Below, piece by piece: positions 25,101-32,536 of a stretch of 33,472 nt of DNA. Made by a program: the position numbers and the translations under genes. Below the pieces are notes generated by a model that ran no database searches, had not been told where the DNA came from, and saw only the letters and a program-made list of their open reading frames with translations. The stretch comes from Planctomycetota bacterium. GTDB taxonomy: Bacteria > Planctomycetota > Planctomycetia > Pirellulales > Pirellulaceae. The stretch spans positions 1 through 33,472 of the forward strand of contig JBJTOW010000358.1 in assembly GCA_046074805.1 (NCBI GenBank), read 5' to 3'. The stretch's first letter is position 1. The number at the start of each line of letters is the position of its first letter.

Positions 25101-26979
25101 TCATTTCATGGCACCCGTAGCAACCGTAGGTCAACATCAGGTCGTAGCCGTGCGTCAGTTTCGGCGCGGGTGTTTCCGGGAATCGCGGACTTGCTTCGAG
25201 CTCCGTGACATCGTGGTGGCACTTCAAGCACGCCGCTTCAGAGAACCGCTTCGCGTACATGGGGAATATCCAATGCGGATTGTCATGCCAGCCATGTTCT
25301 CGCGACCACAACTCTTGTTGTCGTTCGGAATCTGGCGTATGGGACGCCCATTTAAACTGGGTCGCGCTGCCCTGTCCCTCGTGGCAGACGGTGCATGCGA
25401 ACGTTTGCAACTTATGTGGACTTGTCGATCCAACAAATAGGTCCAGACGCGGATGAGATGTGTACGGATTGGCGAAACCTCGGCGAATCTCCACGACGAC
25501 TGGCTTACCAAAATCGGCGGTGGATAACAGCATTCGTTCGACTTCGCGAGGAGAGTCCACGACGTTGCCGTTGACGCTAATGACGGTGTCGCCGACAGAT
25601 ACGCCCGGCGATGGCGATTCTGTGCCGTCTTTCCCCGCCTCGAGCACTGAACGCCGCAACGATTCACCGGTCGATTTGGATTTCTGCGAGGCGGACAGAG
25701 TCGGTTCCGCCGTTGCGGCGAGTGAGTTTGGCATTACCAAAGCAACGGTCACATCGTCGCGTTGGACAAGCCCTTCTTCAGCCAAGCGGAAACCGTAAAC
25801 CTTTTCGAGCAGATCCTGCTCGACCGATGTGACAAGTTTCTCACCTGCGGCGATCCGAGCGGTCCTAGTTGTTTCGACGTCTTTCCTCGCAGTGTCGATG
25901 TCGGCCTTCGGAGGTACAGCAATGCTGAGCGAGTAAATACGAGCACCGTCGAATAGCGGCTTGTCTGCCGTGCCCGGGAGTGTTTTCTCCATGGCTTGAT
26001 GGCACGTCGTGCAGCGATCGAAGCGTCGAACTTTGCGGAAGTTGTAGTCAATCGTAAGGTCGTCACTCCACAAGTTATCGATTTTCCGCGGTGAATTGAA
26101 CGCATCCAGAACAGGCAGCGTCAACCACTTCTTCCCTAGGTACGGGAAGGTACTCGAGAAGTACGTCATCTGCCTCTCCGAGTAGCCGGACTGCAGCTTT
26201 CGGAGTTCGGAGCGGTTGTCGTCCAACGCCTTTTTGGCGATGTCTTCGTTGGTTCGCGCGATTCGCACGATCGATTGCAGCTTTTTCCGGTGTTCGTCGG
26301 CGGCTTGGTACTTGATCTTCAGCGACTCGAGTTCCGCCGCTACTCGGTCCACCTTCTCCTGCAAGGCGTCCCGTTCCGCCTGAGGGAGGTTATCACGGAC
26401 AGCGAGATCGAGTTTCGCGCGAACGGCATCAAGATCCGCGGACTTGAATTTCCGGGCATTCAGCGCGTTGTCTTCGATGAATTTCGCTTGGTTGACAATG
26501 CGAGTGAGCGCATCGATGACGCGATCATGGGCGTCCTCCGCTGCTTCAATCAGTTTACCTTCCGCTTTCGACGGTTCGGAACCAAGCTCCGAAGCCGCCT
26601 TCGAAGCGGCGGCGTTCAACTGCTCAATTCCCAGGGCGTTGAAAAGCTTTACGCTCGTGCCGTCCTCCGCAGATCGACGGTCCGCTTCGGCCTTGAATTC
26701 ACTCAGCAGATCGTCGGAAACGGGGGCGGTTCGCGCCAACGCCAAGGAATCGGCAAGTTGCTCATGCGCCCGAATGGCGTCGTTAGTCTGGTACTGCAAT
26801 TGCAGCCATGAGTTATACGACAAATCCATGTGCCGCGCCGTATCTTGATACGGTTTCCACTCGCGGTCGTGATCTGCGATGAACATCCAGGCGGTGGACA
26901 GTAACAGCGCGAACGCTGAAACGCCGAAGACGCGATGCAGAAGCTTTTGATTACGCCAAGTCTGTTCGGAAGCCGGCAT
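22120..26979 (-). CDS. Giant (1619 aa) membrane-anchored octahaem c-type cytochrome with an N-terminal coiled-coil and a PDZ-like domain
   Basis: N-terminal TM helix (VFGVSAFALLLSTAWMFIA), then about 230 aa rich in heptad-like charged/Ala/Leu sequence. Eight CxxCH motifs: CTTCH, CTVCH, CLKCH, CYGCH, CLACH, CFGCH, CGGCH, CVKCH. PDZ-like GVSVGDTVISVNGNVVDSPREVERMLL...VVVEIRRG. Recurrent MP(x)F segments (KMPQF, VMPDLY, RMPKFPF, RMPKFNM, SMPVNIP) suggest His/Met class-I-like modules. Confidence 0.85.
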   Translation of the reverse strand: MPASEQTWRNQKLLHRVFGVSAFALLLSTAWMFIADHDREWKPYQDTARHMDLSYNSWLQLQYQTNDAIRAHEQLADSLALARTAPVSDDLLSEFKAEADRRSAEDGTSVKLFNALGIEQLNAAASKAASELGSEPSKAEGKLIEAAEDAHDRVIDALTRIVNQAKFIEDNALNARKFKSADLDAVRAKLDLAVRDNLPQAERDALQEKVDRVAAELESLKIKYQAADEHRKKLQSIVRIARTNEDIAKKALDDNRSELRKLQSGYSERQMTYFSSTFPYLGKKWLTLPVLDAFNSPRKIDNLWSDDLTIDYNFRKVRRFDRCTTCHQAMEKTLPGTADKPLFDGARIYSLSIAVPPKADIDTARKDVETTRTARIAAGEKLVTSVEQDLLEKVYGFRLAEEGLVQRDDVTVALVMPNSLAATAEPTLSASQKSKSTGESLRRSVLEAGKDGTESPSPGVSVGDTVISVNGNVVDSPREVERMLLSTADFGKPVVVEIRRGFANPYTSHPRLDLFVGSTSPHKLQTFACTVCHEGQGSATQFKWASHTPDSERQQELWSREHGWHDNPHWIFPMYAKRFSEAACLKCHHDVTELEASPRFPETPAPKLTHGYDLMLTYGCYGCHEMKGFDGPTRRVGPDVRLEPNYFAAAQQLKHVLSTANLLDKLSSNDLSDLNAIIANPERPEARAKLATRLAEDAKSADPVFPTVAHSLAELLKDEETPGKFRKSGPSLRFVAKKADTDFLADWIREPKNFRPSTKMPQFFKLWSHLEAEAAHATEKMEEVEIAGMVAYLQDRSQQFDFLTPPEVNEPGGTPEEKQSARIERGKVAFQERGCLACHNHGDFDDIKSYRDPKEVMQGPNLTGLGSKFAADRNKNGRQWLYSWIKKPTKYHARTVMPDLYLDPIQHKDEKGNVVHVTDPVADIVEYLMTSKLEWQPTGLSDSVAGDLEEATRQNLEEAFYVGAAAKYVKFGVPAKLEKTLKGAEKELLVSDADFEANQEVSSRQKLNYIGRKSIAKYGCFGCHDIPGFEDAKPIGTGLADWGRKEPAKLAFEHITHFLHKHGHSHGGHGTAANGGSPTSPSKADLNASGRVVKSGEFVSTGDDGVTRHHDPVKKTPEFYVKHIEAGHREGFLWQKLTEPRSYDYEKTENKRYNERLRMPKFPFSDADREAIMTFVLGLVSDPPAPKYVYRPSTEQLAWIKGRQALEKYNCGGCHVLEAERWEVTAKSGEYGEQAATNQYPYLAASFSSEFVAKSKKPNAAGLIKAHLSGMPGLNDADALPVVNDVEGDPVENDGDYERNTVSYPFELWQPTLIDGQKYEPGIMQINIPASKLTHRAETEGGVLARYLLPHVTAREKLINPAAKGTESWAWVPPPLVGEGQKVQSQWLHNFLLNPYPIRPAAVLRMPKFNMSAEEASDLAEYFARKDGAEFPYAATEHRLPSYLAEKETTYQAKAVVTPEKPASDAAGSDRTRLQDAMRMITNSNYCVKCHIVGDYSPTGADRAKAPNLARIYERLRPGYLRDWIANPKRILPYTSMPVNIPYDPADTKNFGGISQDLYHGTSLEQVDALVDLLMNYDNFAKDKTLVAPLVQQAAPPASPEPPAEAAPATEKPAAGGGG

Positions 26980-27010
26980 GGACGTTTCCTCCCGGTGAAG
27001 CCGTGTCCTA

Positions 27011-28384
27011 CTAGAAATTCAGCAGGTACTCTGGGATCGCCACGAAGTATTTCAGGTTGATGGACCATCTCAGGACCATCTTGATGGGTAGCAGCAACAT
27101 GCTTAGTAGCAAGTTGGTCATCACCATATACCGTATGAAACCCATCTTGATAAACAGGTCACGGAAAAACGGCAGCACAGCCATGGCAGGCGGCAATGCG
27201 GCGAAGTACATGAAAACCAGTATGATTCCGGGGGACTCACGCAGCGCTATGTACGCGATTTTCACGAGCAGGCTGGAACCTTCCGGTGCAGCGGGGCGCG
27301 GCATTTGCAGAAGGTCGATCCAGAAGAACATCGAGAGGTCGATGTTGTTCAGCGCTTCGACTTTGTGGGTGTCCCATTTTTCGTAGAAGCCGAAGAAGTT
27401 CCAGTTCGGACCACGGAGGAAAGTACCCATCACAATCAGGGTGATCCACAACACGAGGAAGCCGAATTGGAAGGTTAAGTATGCGAACTTGCGCTCGTTG
27501 ATCGTGTAGTAGCCCATACCCTTTTTGTTGAAATCGATGTACGGGATCGCCATCAATCCAACGACTACGGTTCCCGGAAGGGCGACGCCCGCCATCCACG
27601 GATCGTAGTAGACGAGCATTTCTTGCAGGCCAAGAAAGTACCAAGGGGCCTTGGAAGGGTTCGGTGTTTTGACCGCGCTGGCGGGTTCCTCTAGTGGTGC
27701 CTGTAGAGCCAACGCCCACACGACCAGGAAGGCGGTCAGGGCCACCATGCAGATAAGTTCGGTGTAAACCAAGTCCGGCCAGGTTAAAACCTTTTCCGAG
27801 TCGAGCGCTTCAAGGGGTGGCTCACCGCGTGCCGTTCGTTCGTCGTTGATGACGGCTCGGTAGCTGGCCAACCAGGTAAAGAATCCCAGGAGGAAGACGA
27901 GGCCGACGATGGGGACATTGTCCGGCTTGGTTACGATGCTGGCGAAGTCCATGTCGGTCATCGAGAAACCCATCACCAACAGCGATAGGTTAAGCCCGGT
28001 CCAGGCGACCCAGGGTTTCACGAAAAAGTTGCGGCCAGCGTATAGCCCGACAAGCAGTAGCAAGCTTCCGACCGAGTAAACAACGGGTCCCATGATCGCG
28101 TCCGCGCCTTCCCGCAGGAAGGCGGGCAGCGAGACAATGCCTAACGAAGCTTTGTTCCCGCTGAAGGCAAGGGGCGACATGACTAAGTAGGCGATGGACA
28201 CGAGCAGCCAAACTAGGGCTGTCGTCACCGGAAATTTGCGCAGCTTAAAAAGCAACCGCGACTGGTTGGTTTGCCACAGGTACAGGGAGGCGAAACCATT
28301 CATCATGGCTAGGGCGACATAGTAGTAGCCCAGAAAGCCGCCGATGTGGTGAAGAAATTCTTCTTCGCTGACGTGACCGTGCAT
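27011..28384 (-). CDS. Cytochrome b C-terminal / b6f subunit-IV-like protein, expanded to about 10 TM helices
   Basis: 457 aa. The central region has the Qo-site motif in the form NPSKAPWYFLGLQEMLVYY (PEWY equivalent), followed by subunit-IV-like helices. About five extra TM helices are N-terminal and two are C-terminal. It lies 15 nt downstream of the cytochrome b6-like gene. Confidence 0.8.
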   Translation of the reverse strand: MHGHVSEEEFLHHIGGFLGYYYVALAMMNGFASLYLWQTNQSRLLFKLRKFPVTTALVWLLVSIAYLVMSPLAFSGNKASLGIVSLPAFLREGADAIMGPVVYSVGSLLLLVGLYAGRNFFVKPWVAWTGLNLSLLVMGFSMTDMDFASIVTKPDNVPIVGLVFLLGFFTWLASYRAVINDERTARGEPPLEALDSEKVLTWPDLVYTELICMVALTAFLVVWALALQAPLEEPASAVKTPNPSKAPWYFLGLQEMLVYYDPWMAGVALPGTVVVGLMAIPYIDFNKKGMGYYTINERKFAYLTFQFGFLVLWITLIVMGTFLRGPNWNFFGFYEKWDTHKVEALNNIDLSMFFWIDLLQMPRPAAPEGSSLLVKIAYIALRESPGIILVFMYFAALPPAMAVLPFFRDLFIKMGFIRYMVMTNLLLSMLLLPIKMVLRWSINLKYFVAIPEYLLNF

Positions 28385-28399
28385 GAGTGTGAATCCCGT

Positions 28400-29176
28400 T
28401 TACAACGGACCGCTGATACCGCCGTCCTTGCGCACACGCCAGAAGTGGATGGCGATGAGGAGCGAGGCGGCCAGTGGAATGGCGATGCAGTGCAAAATGT
28501 AGAACCGGTTCAAGGTTTCCTCGCCCACGAACCGGGCGCCAAGCAAACCAAAGCGGGCGTCCGAGGCTGCGGTGATCATGTCGATCCCGTCGACGGTCAA
28601 CAACGCCGCACCGGGGCCCTCGTGACCGAGGACGGGATGGGCTCTTGCCATGTTGGAACCAACGGTGATAGCCCAAATGGCCAACTGATCCCAAGGAAGC
28701 AGATATCCCGTGAATGAGAGTAGCAGGGTTAACAGGAGCAAAATGACGCCGATCACCCAGTTGAATTCTCGAGGCGGCTTGTAACTTCCTGTGAGAAACA
28801 CTCGATACATGTGAAGCCATACGGTGATCACCATGGCGTGCGCGCCCCACCGGTGAACTTCGCGGAGAATACCCAGCGAAGCAACGTCGCGCAACGCCAG
28901 GATGTCCGTATAGGCCCATTCGAGCGTAGGACGGTAATAGAACATCAGCAGCACGCCGGTGACTGTTTCCACCAGGAAGAGGAAAAACGTCACACCGCCC
29001 ATGCACCAAGTGTAGCTGAGTGCGATTCCTTGCTTTTTGATCGATACCGGGTGGAGATGAAGGAAAAAATTCGTGAGCATCACCACGATCCGATTTCGCC
29101 GGTCAACCGGCATCGGATGACGGAAAATGCTTTTCCAGATCTGGGACTCACGAATGACTTCGCTGAGCGATGGCAT
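28400..29176 (-). CDS. Cytochrome b6-like protein (cytochrome b N-terminal four-helix domain)
   Basis: [69 protein letters not shown] closely parallels the b6 helix B-D region, including the haem-ligand His residues. The second His pair region is [23 protein letters not shown]. Confidence 0.9.
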   Translation of the reverse strand: MPSLSEVIRESQIWKSIFRHPMPVDRRNRIVVMLTNFFLHLHPVSIKKQGIALSYTWCMGGVTFFLFLVETVTGVLLMFYYRPTLEWAYTDILALRDVASLGILREVHRWGAHAMVITVWLHMYRVFLTGSYKPPREFNWVIGVILLLLTLLLSFTGYLLPWDQLAIWAITVGSNMARAHPVLGHEGPGAALLTVDGIDMITAASDARFGLLGARFVGEETLNRFYILHCIAIPLAASLLIAIHFWRVRKDGGISGPL

Positions 29177-29371
29177 AGAAGGCTTCCAAGTGGGTCGCAG
29201 CGGCGGTTGTCATCGTGTCACGGTGCTTTGTCGCCTCTTGGAGACGCCGCATTCGTATTAGATGCCAGTTCCTGTTTTCCGCTTGCTATCCAAAGATCTC
29301 TGCGATGGACGGTGAACGCTGTATATTTGTTTTCCGGTCGTTAAGCGAAGCTTATGCCGCTCCGGCGATCA

Positions 29372-30553
29372 CTATGTTGGCACGAAAGACGATGTGTCCT
29401 TCCACTGCCCTGTTTCCTCGTGGAAGACACGACTCTTGTCAACTTCCAACTGGCCATCATCCGAAACCTTGATCGCGTAGCGTTCAAGCGGTCGTGGAGC
29501 CGGTCCCTCGAAGTTGACGCCGTCCTTATAAAAACCGCTTCCATGGCATGGGCATTTGAATTTCTGTTCTGCTTCAAGCCAATTAGGAGTGCACCCCAGG
29601 TGCGTGCAAACAGTCTTCAGTGCGAAGATCTGGGATTGGCCTTCGTACTCGTGCTTGACCACCCATACGCCGAACTGGGCTTTGAAACGTTCATCAACTT
29701 GGCCTGGCGCCAGGGTGTCGGGGAACCCGACTTTGAACTTCGTCGGCGGTTCGGTGAGTATGTTGGGGAAGAAGAATCGGGCGAGGCCGAGAACCCACAA
29801 GAGGTGAGTCACCGCCAGCGACGTGAAACCGAGTGCGAGAGAGGATCCGGCGATCATCGACGACACGGAGGCGAAAAAGCCGCGACGCGATTCCTCTTTT
29901 TTGCCTTTGGCGGCAGGTTTAGTCTGGGCATACTCGGGCTTCGCCGGCATCGGCGGCGCTTCGAGCTTTTTCTTCGCGGGAGCGGTTTCGATGCCTTTTT
30001 CCTTGGCTTCCGCTTTTGACACGGGGCCCGGCTTGGCCGCACCAACTCCCCGTGCCGCCGCGAGGATACTCGCCGTGTCCAGCGCGGCTGGTTTCGCGGG
30101 GGTGGCTCCTCCTTCGGCCTTCACGGCTGCAGGCTTGGTGGATGCTTTAGCGATGGCCGGCTTCGCCGCCGCAGTCGGGGACTCTGTAGTTTTGGTGGTG
30201 GTAGGCTCCGAGGCCACTACATCGGCAGCGGGTACGCCCGCAGTCGCCTCGCTCCCGCCCGCTTTAGCAGCCTTGGCCGCTCGGGCTGCCGCCAGAATAT
30301 CCGCTGTGCTCATGGGCCCTGGCTTGGGCTTGGATACGCTCGCCGTCCCTGCGGGTGTCGGGGTAGATGCCGGACCAGCAGGGGCAGACGGGGCTGTTTC
30401 GGGCGAAGGCTCGCTGGCGGCCTTGGCAGGTGCTTCGGTCGTCGCCGCTGTGGGAGCGGCAGTCGTGGTGGCCGCCGGGGGCGCACCGCCCGCCTTGTTG
30501 GCCCGGGCCGCAGCGAGAATCTCGGCGACCGACATTTTCTTGTTGTCAGCCAT
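29372..30553 (-). CDS. Rieske [2Fe-2S] protein with an Ala/Pro/Thr/Lys-rich N-terminal extension of about 220 aa preceding an internal twin-arginine/TM anchor
   Basis: Rieske boxes CTHLGC and CPCHGS. SRRGFFASVSSMIAGSSLALGF (Tat-like motif plus helix) sits at residues about 222-245. The N-terminal region holds three copies of an xILAAAR motif. Confidence 0.9.
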   Translation of the reverse strand: MADNKKMSVAEILAAARANKAGGAPPAATTTAAPTAATTEAPAKAASEPSPETAPSAPAGPASTPTPAGTASVSKPKPGPMSTADILAAARAAKAAKAGGSEATAGVPAADVVASEPTTTKTTESPTAAAKPAIAKASTKPAAVKAEGGATPAKPAALDTASILAAARGVGAAKPGPVSKAEAKEKGIETAPAKKKLEAPPMPAKPEYAQTKPAAKGKKEESRRGFFASVSSMIAGSSLALGFTSLAVTHLLWVLGLARFFFPNILTEPPTKFKVGFPDTLAPGQVDERFKAQFGVWVVKHEYEGQSQIFALKTVCTHLGCTPNWLEAEQKFKCPCHGSGFYKDGVNFEGPAPRPLERYAIKVSDDGQLEVDKSRVFHEETGQWKDTSSFVPT

Positions 30554-30777
30554 AAATCACGTACGCTCAATGAGTTCGTGACAAGGAAGAACTAGTCCCA
30601 ACGCATTCGCACCGGCTGTAGTCACACCCGGAGCGGTCACACCACTGCGATGACCCGCCCGAAAACCGCGCAGAATCCGGTGCCGCCCAGCGATAGCGAC
30701 TCGGGGCCTGAACCGTGACCAACTTGCGTCGTTAAAACGTGGCACGCGCGGAATGGGAAGAAGGCGAAGGTTTGCGA

Positions 30778-30799
30778 GTTTGTGATATTTTTCACAAAC
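30778..30799. promoter_or_regulatory. Perfect 22-bp palindrome GTTTGTGA-TATTTT-TCACAAAC matching the CRP-family core TGTGA-N6-TCACA
   Basis: Read directly from the sequence: 8-bp arms are perfectly complementary and the spacer is AT-rich. It lies in the 624-bp divergent intergenic region, about 235 nt upstream of the Rieske ATG and about 390 nt upstream of the purD ATG. Confidence 0.5.
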
Positions 30800-31177
30800 C
30801 ACTTCCACATGTTTTACCGGACCAGCTTCCGCGCTGTCAACTGCCAAGCTGTTCATTCACCACCGCCAAGTCGTCTCCGCCTGGAAGGGAAATTCGCCGT
30901 AGGCCTCTGACAGCCGCTTCTGGACCATCCTACAATCGCCGTGCACGATCGATTGGGGACCTATGAAGAAGTCAGACCGTCAGCGGGCCAGGTGCTCGCC
31001 TTGGAAACCGGGGAAATCGGTACGTCCATAACCTACCCACGGAGTATCGTTGGGCGGAATCTCGCTGTCGTCCGTCGATTGTGACTGATTCGCTTCCGCC
31101 ACGGGCTTCGTGGACTAGGCGGCAACGGGCGTGTGTTTTCTCGCTGTGTGGCTCGACTGGTAAGGTTTGGAACCGAT

Positions 31178-32497
31178 ATGAACGTTTTGGTGATCGGAAG
31201 CGGCGGTCGCGAACATGCTTTGGCCTGGAAGCTGGGGCAGAGTTCACGCGCGGACAAGGTCTTCGTGGCGCCTGGCAATGCCGGAACGGCCATCGACGCG
31301 GAGAACATTCCGATTTCCGCCCAAGATGTCGCGGGACTGGTCAAGTTCGCGAAGGAGAATCGGGTAGGGCTGACGATCGTTGGCCCCGAACAGCCACTGG
31401 TGGATGGGTTGGTCGACAGCCTGCAGAAAGCCGGCCTGAAGGTCTTTGGTCCGTCGCAATCTGCGGCTCAACTAGAAGGTTCCAAGGTCTTCTGCAAAAA
31501 CATGTTACGCGTCGCCGCAGTGCCAACGGCCGAGTTTCAGGTCTTCCGAGATCCGGAATCGGCGGCGAGGTTTGTGCAGGAACGATTCCCCGAGCCCGAC
31601 CAGGCCACTCCGCTGGTGGGGAAGGCTGACGGGTTAGCGGCTGGCAAAGGAGTCATGGTCTGCCGTTCGCGTCCGCAGGTCATGGAAGCGATCGATCGCA
31701 TCATGCGAAAACGCGAGTTTGGCGACGCCGGCAAGTCGATTGTTCTGGAAGAACGGCTAGACGGCGAAGAGGCGTCGATCCTCGCGATCACCGACGGTAA
31801 GACCATCGTTACACTTCCCGCCGCGCAGGACCACAAGGCGGCCTATGACGGCGACAAGGGACCAAACACGGGTGGGATGGGGGCTTACTGCCCCGCTCCG
31901 CTGGTCGATGCCGCGAAGATGGCTTGGATCGAGGAACATATCCTTGTGCCCACGGTTCATGCGATGAAACGTTCCCGGCATCCGTTCCGCGGAGTGCTCT
32001 ACGCCGGACTAATGCTGACCCACCAAGGGCCCAAAGTCCTGGAATACAACGTTCGCTTTGGCGATCCCGAGTGCCAACCTCTGCTGATGCGGCTGCAATC
32101 CGATCTGCTGGATGTGCTTGAGGCGACCGTCGACGAAAGACTCGACGAGTTGGAACCGCTCCGTTGGGACCCGCGTCCTGCTGTGTGCGTTGTGATGGCG
32201 AGCGAGGGCTATCCAGGACCGTACGACAACGGCCAGATCATCCGCGGCCTTGACGACGCCGCTCGCCTCCCCGACGTGAAGGTTTTCCACGCAGGAACTC
32301 GCCGTAACGCGGCTGGCGATGTCCTCACTAGCGGCGGACGCGTGCTTGGCGTCACGGCTGTTGGTCCAAACATCGCTGGTGCCAAACTCCAAGCCTACTC
32401 GGCCGTTAAATGCATTCGCTGGCACGGGGCCTGGTGCCGCAAGGATATCTCGGACAAGGCGTTGGCCTCGCAATTGGCGGCGGGCGGTGGAGGTTAG
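31178..32497 (+). CDS. purD: Phosphoribosylamine--glycine ligase
   Basis: ORF 31133..32497 trimmed to the ATG at 31178, giving the canonical MNVLVIGSGGREHALAWKL start. APGNAGTA, an ATP-grasp core (GLAAGKGV, EERLDGEE) and the C-terminal GGRVLGVTA motif. Confidence 0.95.
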   Translation: MNVLVIGSGGREHALAWKLGQSSRADKVFVAPGNAGTAIDAENIPISAQDVAGLVKFAKENRVGLTIVGPEQPLVDGLVDSLQKAGLKVFGPSQSAAQLEGSKVFCKNMLRVAAVPTAEFQVFRDPESAARFVQERFPEPDQATPLVGKADGLAAGKGVMVCRSRPQVMEAIDRIMRKREFGDAGKSIVLEERLDGEEASILAITDGKTIVTLPAAQDHKAAYDGDKGPNTGGMGAYCPAPLVDAAKMAWIEEHILVPTVHAMKRSRHPFRGVLYAGLMLTHQGPKVLEYNVRFGDPECQPLLMRLQSDLLDVLEATVDERLDELEPLRWDPRPAVCVVMASEGYPGPYDNGQIIRGLDDAARLPDVKVFHAGTRRNAAGDVLTSGGRVLGVTAVGPNIAGAKLQAYSAVKCIRWHGAWCRKDISDKALASQLAAGGGG

Positions 32498-32536
32498 TGG
32501 CAGTTGTTGGTTGTCAGTTGTCGGTTGTCAGTCGAC
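32498..32536 (+). repeat. Imperfect short tandem repeat built on a GGTTGTCAGT/GTTG core, immediately after the purD stop
   Basis: GGCAGTTGTT (32499-32508), GGTTGTCAGTTGTC (32509-32522), GGTTGTCAGTCGAC (32523-32536). GTCAGTCGAC recurs at 32562-32571. Confidence 0.6.

Noticed and set aside
29177-29371. The 195-nt spacer between the Rieske and cytochrome b6-like genes as a possible structured RNA or a missed small gene.
   Set aside because: There is no minus-strand ORF and I found only weak, wobble-dependent pairings by eye. It is noted as a candidate internal promoter or processing region under the operon finding, but not called as a feature.
30554-31177. Small ORFs in the Rieske/purD divergent region (30557..30856, 30739..30966, 30972..31247). 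Also a possible purine or ZTP-type riboswitch in the purD leader.
   Set aside because: The ORFs have no motifs, have Arg-rich composition, and overlap one another. I looked for the ZTP (pfl) core elements I remember (ACUGGCG ... CCGCCUGGGC). I found only loose resemblance (GUGACUGAUUCGC ... CCGCCACGGGC), which is insufficient. A covariance-model scan (Rfam cmsearch) would be needed to settle it.
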